In this document: in pieces, positions 10,842 to 19,674 of the stretch
Position numbering within the stretch: position 1 is the first letter of the stretch
How the letters are laid out: every line of letters begins with the position of its first letter
From: a virus
Taxonomy: Duplodnaviria > Caudoviricetes
Virus record (IMG/VR): IMGVR_UViG_3300020197_000017
Location: 4,793 to 68,792 of that record
Direction: 5' to 3' (one strand)
Length of the DNA: 64,000 nucleotides
Notes under the pieces: generated by a model
Told to the model about the DNA's origin: nothing
The model's input: the letters and a program-made list of their open reading frames with translations, nothing else
Databases searched by the model: none
Position numbers and translations under genes: made by a program

Positions 10842-13116
10842 GGCTTCTCCCAGTATCACGAACCGCCGCCCGGACGAGGGAGATACCGACGTGTCGGTGG
10901 ACACGCCGTTCCGCTTCGGGATCCGCGATCTCGACACGCGAGCGGACCTGTCCACCGTGTACTGCTCGGTTACCTACGCCAGGGCCTTCTACATTCCGGA
11001 GGAGGACGTGCTCCCGGCCGAGGCGAACATCGAGGGCTCCAGCCTGGTGCTCTCGATGTTCGACGACGCATCGGGCACCACGAACCCTGGCGAGCCTTGT
11101 CAGGAGAGCACGGTCGACCTGGGCGGCGGTGACTGGGTCTACCGCCTCGAGAAGGACGGGGCCGACGACGACCCGCAGGAGGGCGTGCTCTACGTCACCA
11201 TATCGGCGCAGGACCCGGTGGGCCCGTACTCGTTCAAGGTCACGCTCGAGGTGGACGGCGCCGGCGTGACCGCCGCACCCTACGCCTACACGACGCACGC
11301 GGACTATGTGGGCGTCGTCCTCGGCTTCGTCTACTGGCCCGAGAACACTGGCATCTTCCTGCTATTCCGCGACGACGGCACCAAACGGATCTCGATTGTC
11401 GGGCCGTCGACGGACGGCATCGGTACGCGGAGCACGGAGGTCTCCACGGTCTTCAACTGGGCCCGGGAGATCACCTACACCATCGTGGTCGACCCAACAG
11501 CCTATCGCCGCCTCATCCAGGTCTTCGCGACGACTCTGGATGGTGAGGAGACCTTGCTCGGGGAGGTGGACCTCGACACCATCAACGAGTTCCTCCCCTC
11601 GGTGCGTATGGGGCGCTTGTACGCCGAGGACACCCCGACCGGCTACGTGACGGCCCTGGTCGGGTTGGATGGGACGGACACCGGCAACTACCTGGACGTG
11701 CACGGCTTCCAGGTAGCCAACTTCGGGAAGGTGCTGCTCGTCGACGGCAACCCCACGCCTTCTGGGAGCACGGAGGTGGAGCCGGTCGAGGCGCTGTTCG
11801 TTCTCGGCTCCGAGGGTGCCGAGGCCTGGAGGAACTCGGGGAGCTTCGACGAGGAGACCACCGACACTGCCCTCCACATCACGGCCACGACCGGGCCGTC
11901 CTGCAAGGTGCGCACGGAGCCCGACATCACCAACGGGGAGTGGATGCTCCTCGGCACGCTCACCGCGCGGAACGCCGTGCACGCGGGCTCCCACTCGACC
12001 GGGATGGGGCTGCGCGTCGAGGACGGCACGAAGCAGTACTCGCTGGTGCTGCTCGACGACTTCGCCGAGTACACGGTGGGGCTGGTGGACTCCACGGCGG
12101 AAGAGGACGCCATCCTCGTGGGCTACGGTCTGCCGGCCGAGGCGGTCGACTGGGAAGAGGACGTCCCCTTCATCTTCATGGGGTCGGCGCTCAACGACTT
12201 CGTCCGTGCCTTCTTCGGGGACGAGGACACCACCCCGGCCATCGACAAGGGGTACGGCGCCGCCGGGTACACGGCCACGACGGTCTCCGCGGTCTCCTTC
12301 GGCGTCGTGGAGAGCGGGTCGTTCGCGGGGGACTTCTACCTCACGCACCTCTGGGTCTTCCCCAACTGCACCTTCTACGAGGGCAGCAACGGCACCTACC
12401 CGGATGCGCAGCCTGGTTGGACACGCACGCAGGCCCTGTCGACGCGGTCGCTCGCGGCGACGTCGTTCACCACGGACTGCACGGCCGTGGGTGCCTACGA
12501 CATCTACTCCGTGACGGACACCACCTACGGCGCGACCTCCGGGGCCGCAGTCCTGTTCAAGGCACGCATCGGTGACTGGGTCGACTCCGCCGGGGCCACC
12601 AACCCCCTCCGGAGCCAGTTCGGGCCGATCGCGGCGGTCAGGACCAGCACCGTCGCGGTGCAGCTGTGGTTTGTGACGGACTCCGAGGGCACAACCTACG
12701 CCTTCCTCCCGAGCACCTCGACCGACTACCTGGACGTCCTGGCGCAGAACGTGGTGGGGCGCGCCATCTCCGCCGAGATCGACCTGTCCGCAGAGCACGT
12801 CTTCCTGCTGGACGTGAAGCCGCTGCAGCACGTGCGTCTCTATATTGACGAACTGGACGCGCCAGTCCTCGACGTGGCGTGGCCCGCCGAGATCACGCTA
12901 CGCGGGCTCCCGACCTACATGCCGGCGAGCGCCGTCGTCGCCGTGGGTTCACTGAATGAAGACGCGGGCGTAGAATGCACCCTCTACTACGCCCGGGCGA
13001 GTATCGGGCGAGGATACGACTTCAGCATCACGATCGACGTCTCCGAGGAGGACCTACAGGACCGCGTCTACGGGAGCCTGGTAGACCTCAACATCGACGT
13101 GCAGGACGAGGACTGA
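10840..13116 (+). CDS. Virion structural protein, beta-sandwich/lectin-like domains probable
   Basis: 758-aa acidic, Thr-rich ORF; N-terminal PSITNRRPDEGDTDVSVDTPFRF resembles an Ig-like (Big_5 type) start. Confidence 0.75.
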   Translation: MASPSITNRRPDEGDTDVSVDTPFRFGIRDLDTRADLSTVYCSVTYARAFYIPEEDVLPAEANIEGSSLVLSMFDDASGTTNPGEPCQESTVDLGGGDWVYRLEKDGADDDPQEGVLYVTISAQDPVGPYSFKVTLEVDGAGVTAAPYAYTTHADYVGVVLGFVYWPENTGIFLLFRDDGTKRISIVGPSTDGIGTRSTEVSTVFNWAREITYTIVVDPTAYRRLIQVFATTLDGEETLLGEVDLDTINEFLPSVRMGRLYAEDTPTGYVTALVGLDGTDTGNYLDVHGFQVANFGKVLLVDGNPTPSGSTEVEPVEALFVLGSEGAEAWRNSGSFDEETTDTALHITATTGPSCKVRTEPDITNGEWMLLGTLTARNAVHAGSHSTGMGLRVEDGTKQYSLVLLDDFAEYTVGLVDSTAEEDAILVGYGLPAEAVDWEEDVPFIFMGSALNDFVRAFFGDEDTTPAIDKGYGAAGYTATTVSAVSFGVVESGSFAGDFYLTHLWVFPNCTFYEGSNGTYPDAQPGWTRTQALSTRSLAATSFTTDCTAVGAYDIYSVTDTTYGATSGAAVLFKARIGDWVDSAGATNPLRSQFGPIAAVRTSTVAVQLWFVTDSEGTTYAFLPSTSTDYLDVLAQNVVGRAISAEIDLSAEHVFLLDVKPLQHVRLYIDELDAPVLDVAWPAEITLRGLPTYMPASAVVAVGSLNEDAGVECTLYYARASIGRGYDFSITIDVSEEDLQDRVYGSLVDLNIDVQDED

Positions 13117-16100
13117 ATGCCGCCTACGCGCACTACCGCCCTTCATGGCTTCTCGATTGAGCCGGCACGCACGAAGCCCGTCGCCGTCATCGATCCGTCG
13201 GAGTCCAGCAAGGTCGTAGGTGCGCTGCTGCGCTTCAGCGGGCGTGGCTCATCGAGTGCAGACGGAGAGGAGCTGACCTACGCCTGGTCCATCGTAGAGA
13301 GCCCGCTCGGGAGCACAGTAACCGAGCTCACGTCCGTCGAGGACGACGGCGGGGTGGCGACCTTCATCCCCGACATCACCGGGCAGTACACGATCGGCCT
13401 CGTGGTCTCGACGCCCTACAGGAGCAGCGAGCAGGTCACGGCGACGGCTGAGGCAACGAGCGTCCTGCTGCCGTTGACGCTGCGGACGACGCCTGACGGC
13501 ACCGTGATGTTCAAGGCGATGTCCTCGTTCTGGCGCATGGTCGAGAACAACGCTGTGTTCTCGACCCTGTGGTCCGGCTACATGCAGGTCACCGGGTCGG
13601 ACCTGCTGCGGCTCTTCCAGGCGGACTACGGGAAGTCCATCAGTACGATCCAGGAGATGCTTCAGCGTCGGTGGCTGCCGTATGCGCCGGCACTGGAGCT
13701 CGACTCGGACCAGTGCGTGGTCGTCTTCGGTGGGCACCAGGGAGGCTCTAGCGCCTACACCCTGTCGGGGGCGGTCGCCACTGTTGGTGTGCTCGTCGGG
13801 GAGCGCGAGGTCGTACTTCGTGACGGAGCCCCTACCCTGGGCGCCGTGGGCACGGAGCTGGTGATCTACACCAGTGCGGGTGCGAACGCGGGCACGTACA
13901 CGATCAACCGGCTGAACTCGGACAGCTCCGGGTACCTCGTCTCGTCCTCGACCCCGTTCCCGTCCTACACGGATGACCGGCGGGTCGCGGCGAGTACGCT
14001 CGTGAGCTTCAGCGGCGACCTCGAGGTCTACGACTCCAACCTGCTCACGGACTTTGCCGCCCTGAACGTCAGCGCAGGCGACGTACTGCAGTTGACCGAG
14101 GGCGTTGACGCCGGCTACTACAAGATCGCCGCCGTCGGGGTCGTCGGCGGGCTCGCCAACAACCGCACGCTGCGCCTCACAGAGGCTCCCAGGCAGACCA
14201 GGTCGGGGCGCGGCTACAGCGTTTTCGGGGCCGTTCGCCTCACGGCAGAGAAGACACTCTCCGCGGCGACGGATGTCGTCTACCTGCCTGCGACCGAGGC
14301 CGATCTCTCGAGCTTCCAGGTCCGTGAGCTGTCAGGCAGCGGAACGCTGGTCAGCGCCTACGAGATCGCGGTGGAGCCGCGGCATCTGCTCTCCGCGATG
14401 GTTGGCGAGCGCATCTACCTGACGACTGGCCGAACCTCAGCCAGGTCGTACACGATCACGGGGCGGAACTCTGCCGGGACCGGATACCTCGTCGGAGCCT
14501 CCTTCGGTGCCTCTGGGTACCCGGCGGAGGTGTCGTATAGCCTCACGAGCAACGTGGACATCTCTAATCGGCTGCTCATCCTGGAGGACGAGGCATACGG
14601 TATCGTTTCTGCGGAGTACAGCGACGGGACTTCGGCGGAGGACGGCGGGCGCGGCGCTGCGTGGATCCTGACGCTCACCGAGAAGGTCGCACCCGCGGGG
14701 CGGGAGGGCATGTCCTGGCGCATCGCCGCGACGCTCCTCACCCAGGAGCACGCCGATCTCGAGGAGGTCGGCGTCACCGCCGGCGACCTGCTGGTTCTCG
14801 AAGCGCGGCGTACCGACTCCGGCTTCACAGGGGAGATCCCCTGCTACGTCTTCGGGGCGCGCGACAACAAGCTGGCCTTCGACATCGGGAGTGCATTGCC
14901 CGGTCTCGGGACGGCCGGGGGCCTGTCCGACGCCGAGGTGCTGGAGCTCGCGACGGATCTGCGCGTACCCTACGTCTACGAGGACGAGGCGGACGAGATC
15001 CACATCACGCTCGCCGCGGAGGAGACCCAGTCCCTGGTACGCAGCCTGGGGTTCCAGACGACCTACGAGAACATCCCGATCACGTCCAGCACGACTATCG
15101 ACCTGGACGCGTTTTCGGTGAAGCTCCGGATCAAGAAGCTCGTGCGGAACTGTCGCATCCCCGTGGATGATGCGCTGGTGTCGGTACCGGCGCTGTTCGA
15201 GTTCATCGACACACCGGCTACAGGGACCAACTCCGACGGAGAGACCATTCTCGTCTCGACGTACGGGGAGACCACGATCCTGGACCGAGCGCCCCTCGAG
15301 CTCATCGAGAACCGCGACTACAGCCTCAGTTCTGACGAGAGCTCCACCGGTACGAACCTCGTCACGACGGCTGACTCAGCGATCCTGTACATCGCCGGCG
15401 GCGACCTGATCGACCGTGACCTCCGCGTGGGCGACTACATCGACATCACGAGCGGGTTCGACCAGGGGAGGTACTACGTCCACACCGTGCTGGACACCGA
15501 GCACGTGCAGGCGCTCACGGCAGAGGGGACCACGCCGACGAACAGCGCGACCGGACTGTCCTACACGCTGACGCGCCGCACGGCCGGGAACTTCCTCCGC
15601 TTCGTTGACGGCATGTTCACCCCCGAGGCCCCTGCACCGGACCGCTTCTGGGCACAGCTTAGTCTCTTCGACAACTACGAGGCGATCGAGGACAACTTCG
15701 GGGTGCTCGTGGGCGTCACGAAGGAGCAGCTCGACGAGTACGGGTCCTCCCAGATCTCCTACAAGGGAGCAGTCCGCGCACTCATGTTCGCCTGGACGCG
15801 CGGGCCCACCCTGAAGTGTGTGACGGTGGGGACGCACGTACTCTTGGGCCTCCCAGTCACAGAGGTGACCGGGCGAGTGGTCGACGTCGACGACACCTAC
15901 GACTCCGAGAACTCACGCGGCCGGGTTTTGGTCGAGGACCTGGACGCGGACGGTAACCCCTCCGGCTTCGTGCGCCCCTACCTCTACTATGTGGACGACA
16001 ACGACGGCCTGAACGACTTCTTCGGCTTGGCCACGAACCCGGAGACCGGCGCGGCGTATGCCGTGCTCGACGAGGTTCCGGCGATGACGGCGCTCTCTCG

Positions 16101-17946
16101 GGGCGTCATCGTGGAGGACTACGTCACCGCGCCTGCCTGGTGGAAGACGGGCACCGCGACGGCCGGCACCGAGCTCCAGAAGTTCCACAGCTGGCAGGTA
16201 CGCGTCGACGCCGCGCAGGTCGACTCGCGCGACGTCCCCCTGATCATCGACTTCTGCATGGGCATCCGCCCGATCTATACGAAGCCCACCGTCGTTCTCG
16301 TCCTGTACCTCGACGACGCTGTGGAGATCACGGAAAAGCTCTACCTGGAAGGCATGCTGTTCTTCGACGACGACCCGGTCCTCGGCGTCGAGGCGACTCA
16401 CATGGTCGACTCGTACAACGGCAGCAGCCTGCCGCACCGTCTCTTCGACTACGGCTCGTTCTCCACGCGCACGCTGTTCGAAGGAGTGGACCTGGTCACC
16501 GTCGCTGGGTCCGGAGTGGTGACCTCAGCTCGCGGAGGCTTCAAGGGAACGCTGAACGCGCCGCCACTCGATCACGCCCTGGACGAACTCATCGGCGTGC
16601 TGCCCGGCGTGAACTCGTACTTCACGGACGACGTGTACTACCGCGGCACGCCGCTGATCCGGGCCGGGGACATCCTCTTCATCACCGAGGGGAACAACCG
16701 CGGCCGCTACACCGTGGTCACCGTCGACAGCGACACGCAGCTCACCGTCGACGAGCTCCCCGACTACCCCCCGACCACCAGGCCGACTGCCGAGATCGAG
16801 GCGGGTACGGGGCAGGTCTTCCAGCTCCAGCGGGCGGACTCCCACATCCTCACGACGGGGACGGGCACGGTCCTCAGCAACGCGGGCGCCGGAGACGACG
16901 TCACCAGCGTCATCGAGTCCACCGCGGCCAACTTCCGCTGGAGCGGCGTCGCCGTCGGGGACTACCTGGTGATCACCAGCACGGGTGGCGGCATCGTGCC
17001 CGGGCTGCACGAGGTACTCGAGGTCGGCGAGTGGCAGGAGGTACGTGAGGACCTGGACACCAAGCTCACCGTGCGCGGAACCCTGAACATCGGCGGGACC
17101 TTCACGTTCTACGTCATGCGCGACGGGCTCCGGGCCAACCCGCTCCACGAGATCTCGGACCTCGCGCTTGTCCACGGCAGCTCCGAGGTGACCAGCGCGA
17201 CCGCCGGTCTGGAGCTCCTCCACCTGCGCCCCGGTGACCAGCTGGAGATCCTCGAGGGCATGTACGCCGGGCAGTTCTTCGACATCCTCGACACCACCAG
17301 CGACAGCACGTTCTGGCTCGACTTCACCTCCGCGGTGAACGAGGCCGCGATCTCGGCGCGCGTGATCCGGCCGACCATTCTCGAGGTGGACCAGCCTCGG
17401 GACGAGGACTGGGAGCTCGAGAAGTTCTTCCTCGAGGATGACCTCACCACGACCATCGTCGAGCCGATGACCACGGTGGTCTCCGTCGCGGATCTCACGC
17501 TGACCATCGACGACACCGACCCGGACCCGGAGAACTGGACCGCCACGGCGACGTCCGCCGGCACGAACCTGCAGGTCGCCGGCGTGGCCGCGGACGACAT
17601 CCTCGACGTGGCCAACGCCAGTGCCAACTCCGGGGCGTTCCGGATCCTCAGCGTGAACGCCTCCGAGATTACGATCATCGGCCTGTGGCGCGAGGAAGAA
17701 GGCCCCGCGGTGTCGGGCGACTTCAAGACGCTGAACGCCGCGTGGGACGTCGTGGACGACCAGGTGACGCTGACCACCGTGATCACCCTTGAGGGCGTCG
17801 TCCTGCCGGGTGACGTCCTCGAGGTGGACGGGGTCGGCTCCTACGTCGTAGCCTCCGTTTCGGGGGCGGTACTCACGCTCACCCGTGATACGGGGGTGAA
17901 CCCCATGGCCAGCTATACTGGGCGGGTCACCAGGAGGTCGGTCTGA
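13117..17946 (+). CDS. Large baseplate/tail structural protein with N-terminal PKD-like domain and repeated beta modules
   Basis: FSGRGSSSADGEELTYAWS...ATFIPDITGQYTIGLVVS is PKD-like; repeats of GD-x-L-x-I-x-x-G-x-x-x-G-x-Y; 1609 aa. Confidence 0.8.
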   Translation: MPPTRTTALHGFSIEPARTKPVAVIDPSESSKVVGALLRFSGRGSSSADGEELTYAWSIVESPLGSTVTELTSVEDDGGVATFIPDITGQYTIGLVVSTPYRSSEQVTATAEATSVLLPLTLRTTPDGTVMFKAMSSFWRMVENNAVFSTLWSGYMQVTGSDLLRLFQADYGKSISTIQEMLQRRWLPYAPALELDSDQCVVVFGGHQGGSSAYTLSGAVATVGVLVGEREVVLRDGAPTLGAVGTELVIYTSAGANAGTYTINRLNSDSSGYLVSSSTPFPSYTDDRRVAASTLVSFSGDLEVYDSNLLTDFAALNVSAGDVLQLTEGVDAGYYKIAAVGVVGGLANNRTLRLTEAPRQTRSGRGYSVFGAVRLTAEKTLSAATDVVYLPATEADLSSFQVRELSGSGTLVSAYEIAVEPRHLLSAMVGERIYLTTGRTSARSYTITGRNSAGTGYLVGASFGASGYPAEVSYSLTSNVDISNRLLILEDEAYGIVSAEYSDGTSAEDGGRGAAWILTLTEKVAPAGREGMSWRIAATLLTQEHADLEEVGVTAGDLLVLEARRTDSGFTGEIPCYVFGARDNKLAFDIGSALPGLGTAGGLSDAEVLELATDLRVPYVYEDEADEIHITLAAEETQSLVRSLGFQTTYENIPITSSTTIDLDAFSVKLRIKKLVRNCRIPVDDALVSVPALFEFIDTPATGTNSDGETILVSTYGETTILDRAPLELIENRDYSLSSDESSTGTNLVTTADSAILYIAGGDLIDRDLRVGDYIDITSGFDQGRYYVHTVLDTEHVQALTAEGTTPTNSATGLSYTLTRRTAGNFLRFVDGMFTPEAPAPDRFWAQLSLFDNYEAIEDNFGVLVGVTKEQLDEYGSSQISYKGAVRALMFAWTRGPTLKCVTVGTHVLLGLPVTEVTGRVVDVDDTYDSENSRGRVLVEDLDADGNPSGFVRPYLYYVDDNDGLNDFFGLATNPETGAAYAVLDEVPAMTALSRGVIVEDYVTAPAWWKTGTATAGTELQKFHSWQVRVDAAQVDSRDVPLIIDFCMGIRPIYTKPTVVLVLYLDDAVEITEKLYLEGMLFFDDDPVLGVEATHMVDSYNGSSLPHRLFDYGSFSTRTLFEGVDLVTVAGSGVVTSARGGFKGTLNAPPLDHALDELIGVLPGVNSYFTDDVYYRGTPLIRAGDILFITEGNNRGRYTVVTVDSDTQLTVDELPDYPPTTRPTAEIEAGTGQVFQLQRADSHILTTGTGTVLSNAGAGDDVTSVIESTAANFRWSGVAVGDYLVITSTGGGIVPGLHEVLEVGEWQEVREDLDTKLTVRGTLNIGGTFTFYVMRDGLRANPLHEISDLALVHGSSEVTSATAGLELLHLRPGDQLEILEGMYAGQFFDILDTTSDSTFWLDFTSAVNEAAISARVIRPTILEVDQPRDEDWELEKFFLEDDLTTTIVEPMTTVVSVADLTLTIDDTDPDPENWTATATSAGTNLQVAGVAADDILDVANASANSGAFRILSVNASEITIIGLWREEEGPAVSGDFKTLNAAWDVVDDQVTLTTVITLEGVVLPGDVLEVDGVGSYVVASVSGAVLTLTRDTGVNPMASYTGRVTRRSV

Positions 17947-18137
17947 TGCTCCGTAAGCTGTTGAAGGAACGCGCCCACCTCGTAGACGACCTACGCATCT
18001 TCGGTGCGCAGAAGACCACTTTTGCACGCGGCATTCGCATGCCCGACGGCTCGCCTGTCCCCGTGGACATCATCATGAAGAACTTCGGGGTGCCGCGGGA
18101 GCAGGCCGAAGAGATCGCTCGGAGGCAGACGCGATGA
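17946..18137 (+). CDS. Small hypothetical protein
   Basis: 63 aa, translationally coupled at both ends, AGGAGG upstream. Confidence 0.6.
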   Translation: MLRKLLKERAHLVDDLRIFGAQKTTFARGIRMPDGSPVPVDIIMKNFGVPREQAEEIARRQTR

Positions 18138-18760
18138 TCGGCATCGTACGCATTTTTCGGTCCTTGATGCCTCCGCGCATGTTCGCGGACGTCTTCAAGC
18201 AGAACCCCCAGATCCGCGGACATCTTACGCTCGAGACGCGGGAGCGCGGCAAGCTCCGTCAGCGCGTCGAGGGTGACAACATCTGGACGCTCACCGGACG
18301 CGAGTTCATCGCCGAGCTCATCGCGCTGCGCGCGAGCAGTCCGCGGACCGCGTTCCGTGATGACCGCGTGGCCTACATCGGGATGGGATCCGGTGTGCAG
18401 TCGGAGGTCTCCGACATCACGTCGCTGGTGGATCCCGTGGTGTACAGGACCGGGGAGTTCCTGGCTCGTATCGATGCCCCGGCGACCTTCCCGACCTCGG
18501 GCACCTCGACGACGAACACGGCCGTGCGCTTCGAGCGGGAGTTCACCGTTGGCGAAATCAGCCTCGGGTACAACGTGGTCCTCACCGAGGCCGGGCTGTT
18601 CACGGACGGCGACCCCGACGACGACTGGGACTACTCGGCGACCCCGACCTCCTTCGCCGACACCTCGGGGCGGGCTCCGATGGCCTACAAGACCTACGAG
18701 CCCATCACCAAGACGACCGACTTCAACCTCCGCGCAATCTGGACCGTTCGGGTAGTCTGA
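18134..18760 (+). CDS. Baseplate/tail-collar type protein
   Basis: NIWTLTGREFIA...YIGMGSG...LTEAGLF...YKTYEPITKT follows the tail-fibre-attachment/collar pattern. Confidence 0.65.
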   Translation: MIGIVRIFRSLMPPRMFADVFKQNPQIRGHLTLETRERGKLRQRVEGDNIWTLTGREFIAELIALRASSPRTAFRDDRVAYIGMGSGVQSEVSDITSLVDPVVYRTGEFLARIDAPATFPTSGTSTTNTAVRFEREFTVGEISLGYNVVLTEAGLFTDGDPDDDWDYSATPTSFADTSGRAPMAYKTYEPITKTTDFNLRAIWTVRVV

Positions 18761-19674
18761 TGCTGATCGATCCGCAGAGCTTTCATGTGTTCTGCAAGGA
18801 GGATGGCTCCGCACTGCGCGAGCGCATCTCGGTCCACAAGCTCGTTGGTAAGGGCTTGAGTGACAGTGATGGCGCTGGGTTGGCTACCGACAAGTACGTG
18901 ATGCGCCTGGACGGGAAGCCCATCGGGAACATGCACGTGCGGAGTGACGGCAGCGTCCTCAAGTCGGCTATCCTCGACGAGTACCGCGGTCTCGGCCTCG
19001 GTAGGAAGATGTACGGGGAAGTCGGGCGCATGTTGCCCGAGGGCGTGACCCTAAAGTCGGATGTGATTCACGTCTCTGGGGCGGCTACCAAGCTCTGGGA
19101 TGATATGGCCGACCGCTCCACGGGAGGACTGCATGCTAAAAGAAACCCGCTGTTCCAGCGAGTACTGCACGCGCGGGATGGAACCGATACATCCATGCTT
19201 CCCGGAGCTGCTCCGATGGCGGAGTACAAGCCCGTATCTCCGATGGCAGTGCGCGAGTCTGGCAAGCGGTCGGCGTTCGAGCTGCATGTACCGGAGGCAG
19301 CCCGGCGCCCCACTGCGACAGTAGCACCTGCGAAACGCGCACCCACAGCATCACCAGTACCGCAGATCTCGCACGCTCCGGCGGCCCCGGTCCACACGCC
19401 GCCTCCGGCGGCCCCGGTCCACACGCCGCCTCCGGCGGCCCCGGTCCACACGCCGCCTCCGGCGGCCCCGGTCCACACGCCGCCTCCGGCGCGTGCAGTT
19501 CCGGCAGTCCATGTGCCGACAGCAGGCACAGCGGCGCCTGTGAAGGGGCCCTTGAGCAGGATGCTCGCGCATGTCACACCGGGGCGTGCGGCGGCTGGCG
19601 TGGGCGTTCTGGCCGCAGGCGGCCTACTGGCGCACCATCTCTACAAGAAGAGCCGGGGAGCTCCCAATGCCTAA
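18760..19674 (+). CDS. GNAT-like acetyltransferase domain with Pro-rich linker and C-terminal hydrophobic anchor
   Basis: ILDEYRGLGLGRKMY fits GNAT motif A; SGAATKLWD fits motif B; (PAAPVHTPP)x4; AAAGVGVLAAGGLLAHHLYKK tail. Confidence 0.65.
   Translation: MLIDPQSFHVFCKEDGSALRERISVHKLVGKGLSDSDGAGLATDKYVMRLDGKPIGNMHVRSDGSVLKSAILDEYRGLGLGRKMYGEVGRMLPEGVTLKSDVIHVSGAATKLWDDMADRSTGGLHAKRNPLFQRVLHARDGTDTSMLPGAAPMAEYKPVSPMAVRESGKRSAFELHVPEAARRPTATVAPAKRAPTASPVPQISHAPAAPVHTPPPAAPVHTPPPAAPVHTPPPAAPVHTPPPARAVPAVHVPTAGTAAPVKGPLSRMLAHVTPGRAAAGVGVLAAGGLLAHHLYKKSRGAPNA
19376..19491 (+). repeat. 27-bp coding tandem repeat, about 4.3 copies
   Basis: ctccggcggccccggtccacacgccgc repeated exactly; encodes PAAPVHTPP. 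Confidence 0.95.
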
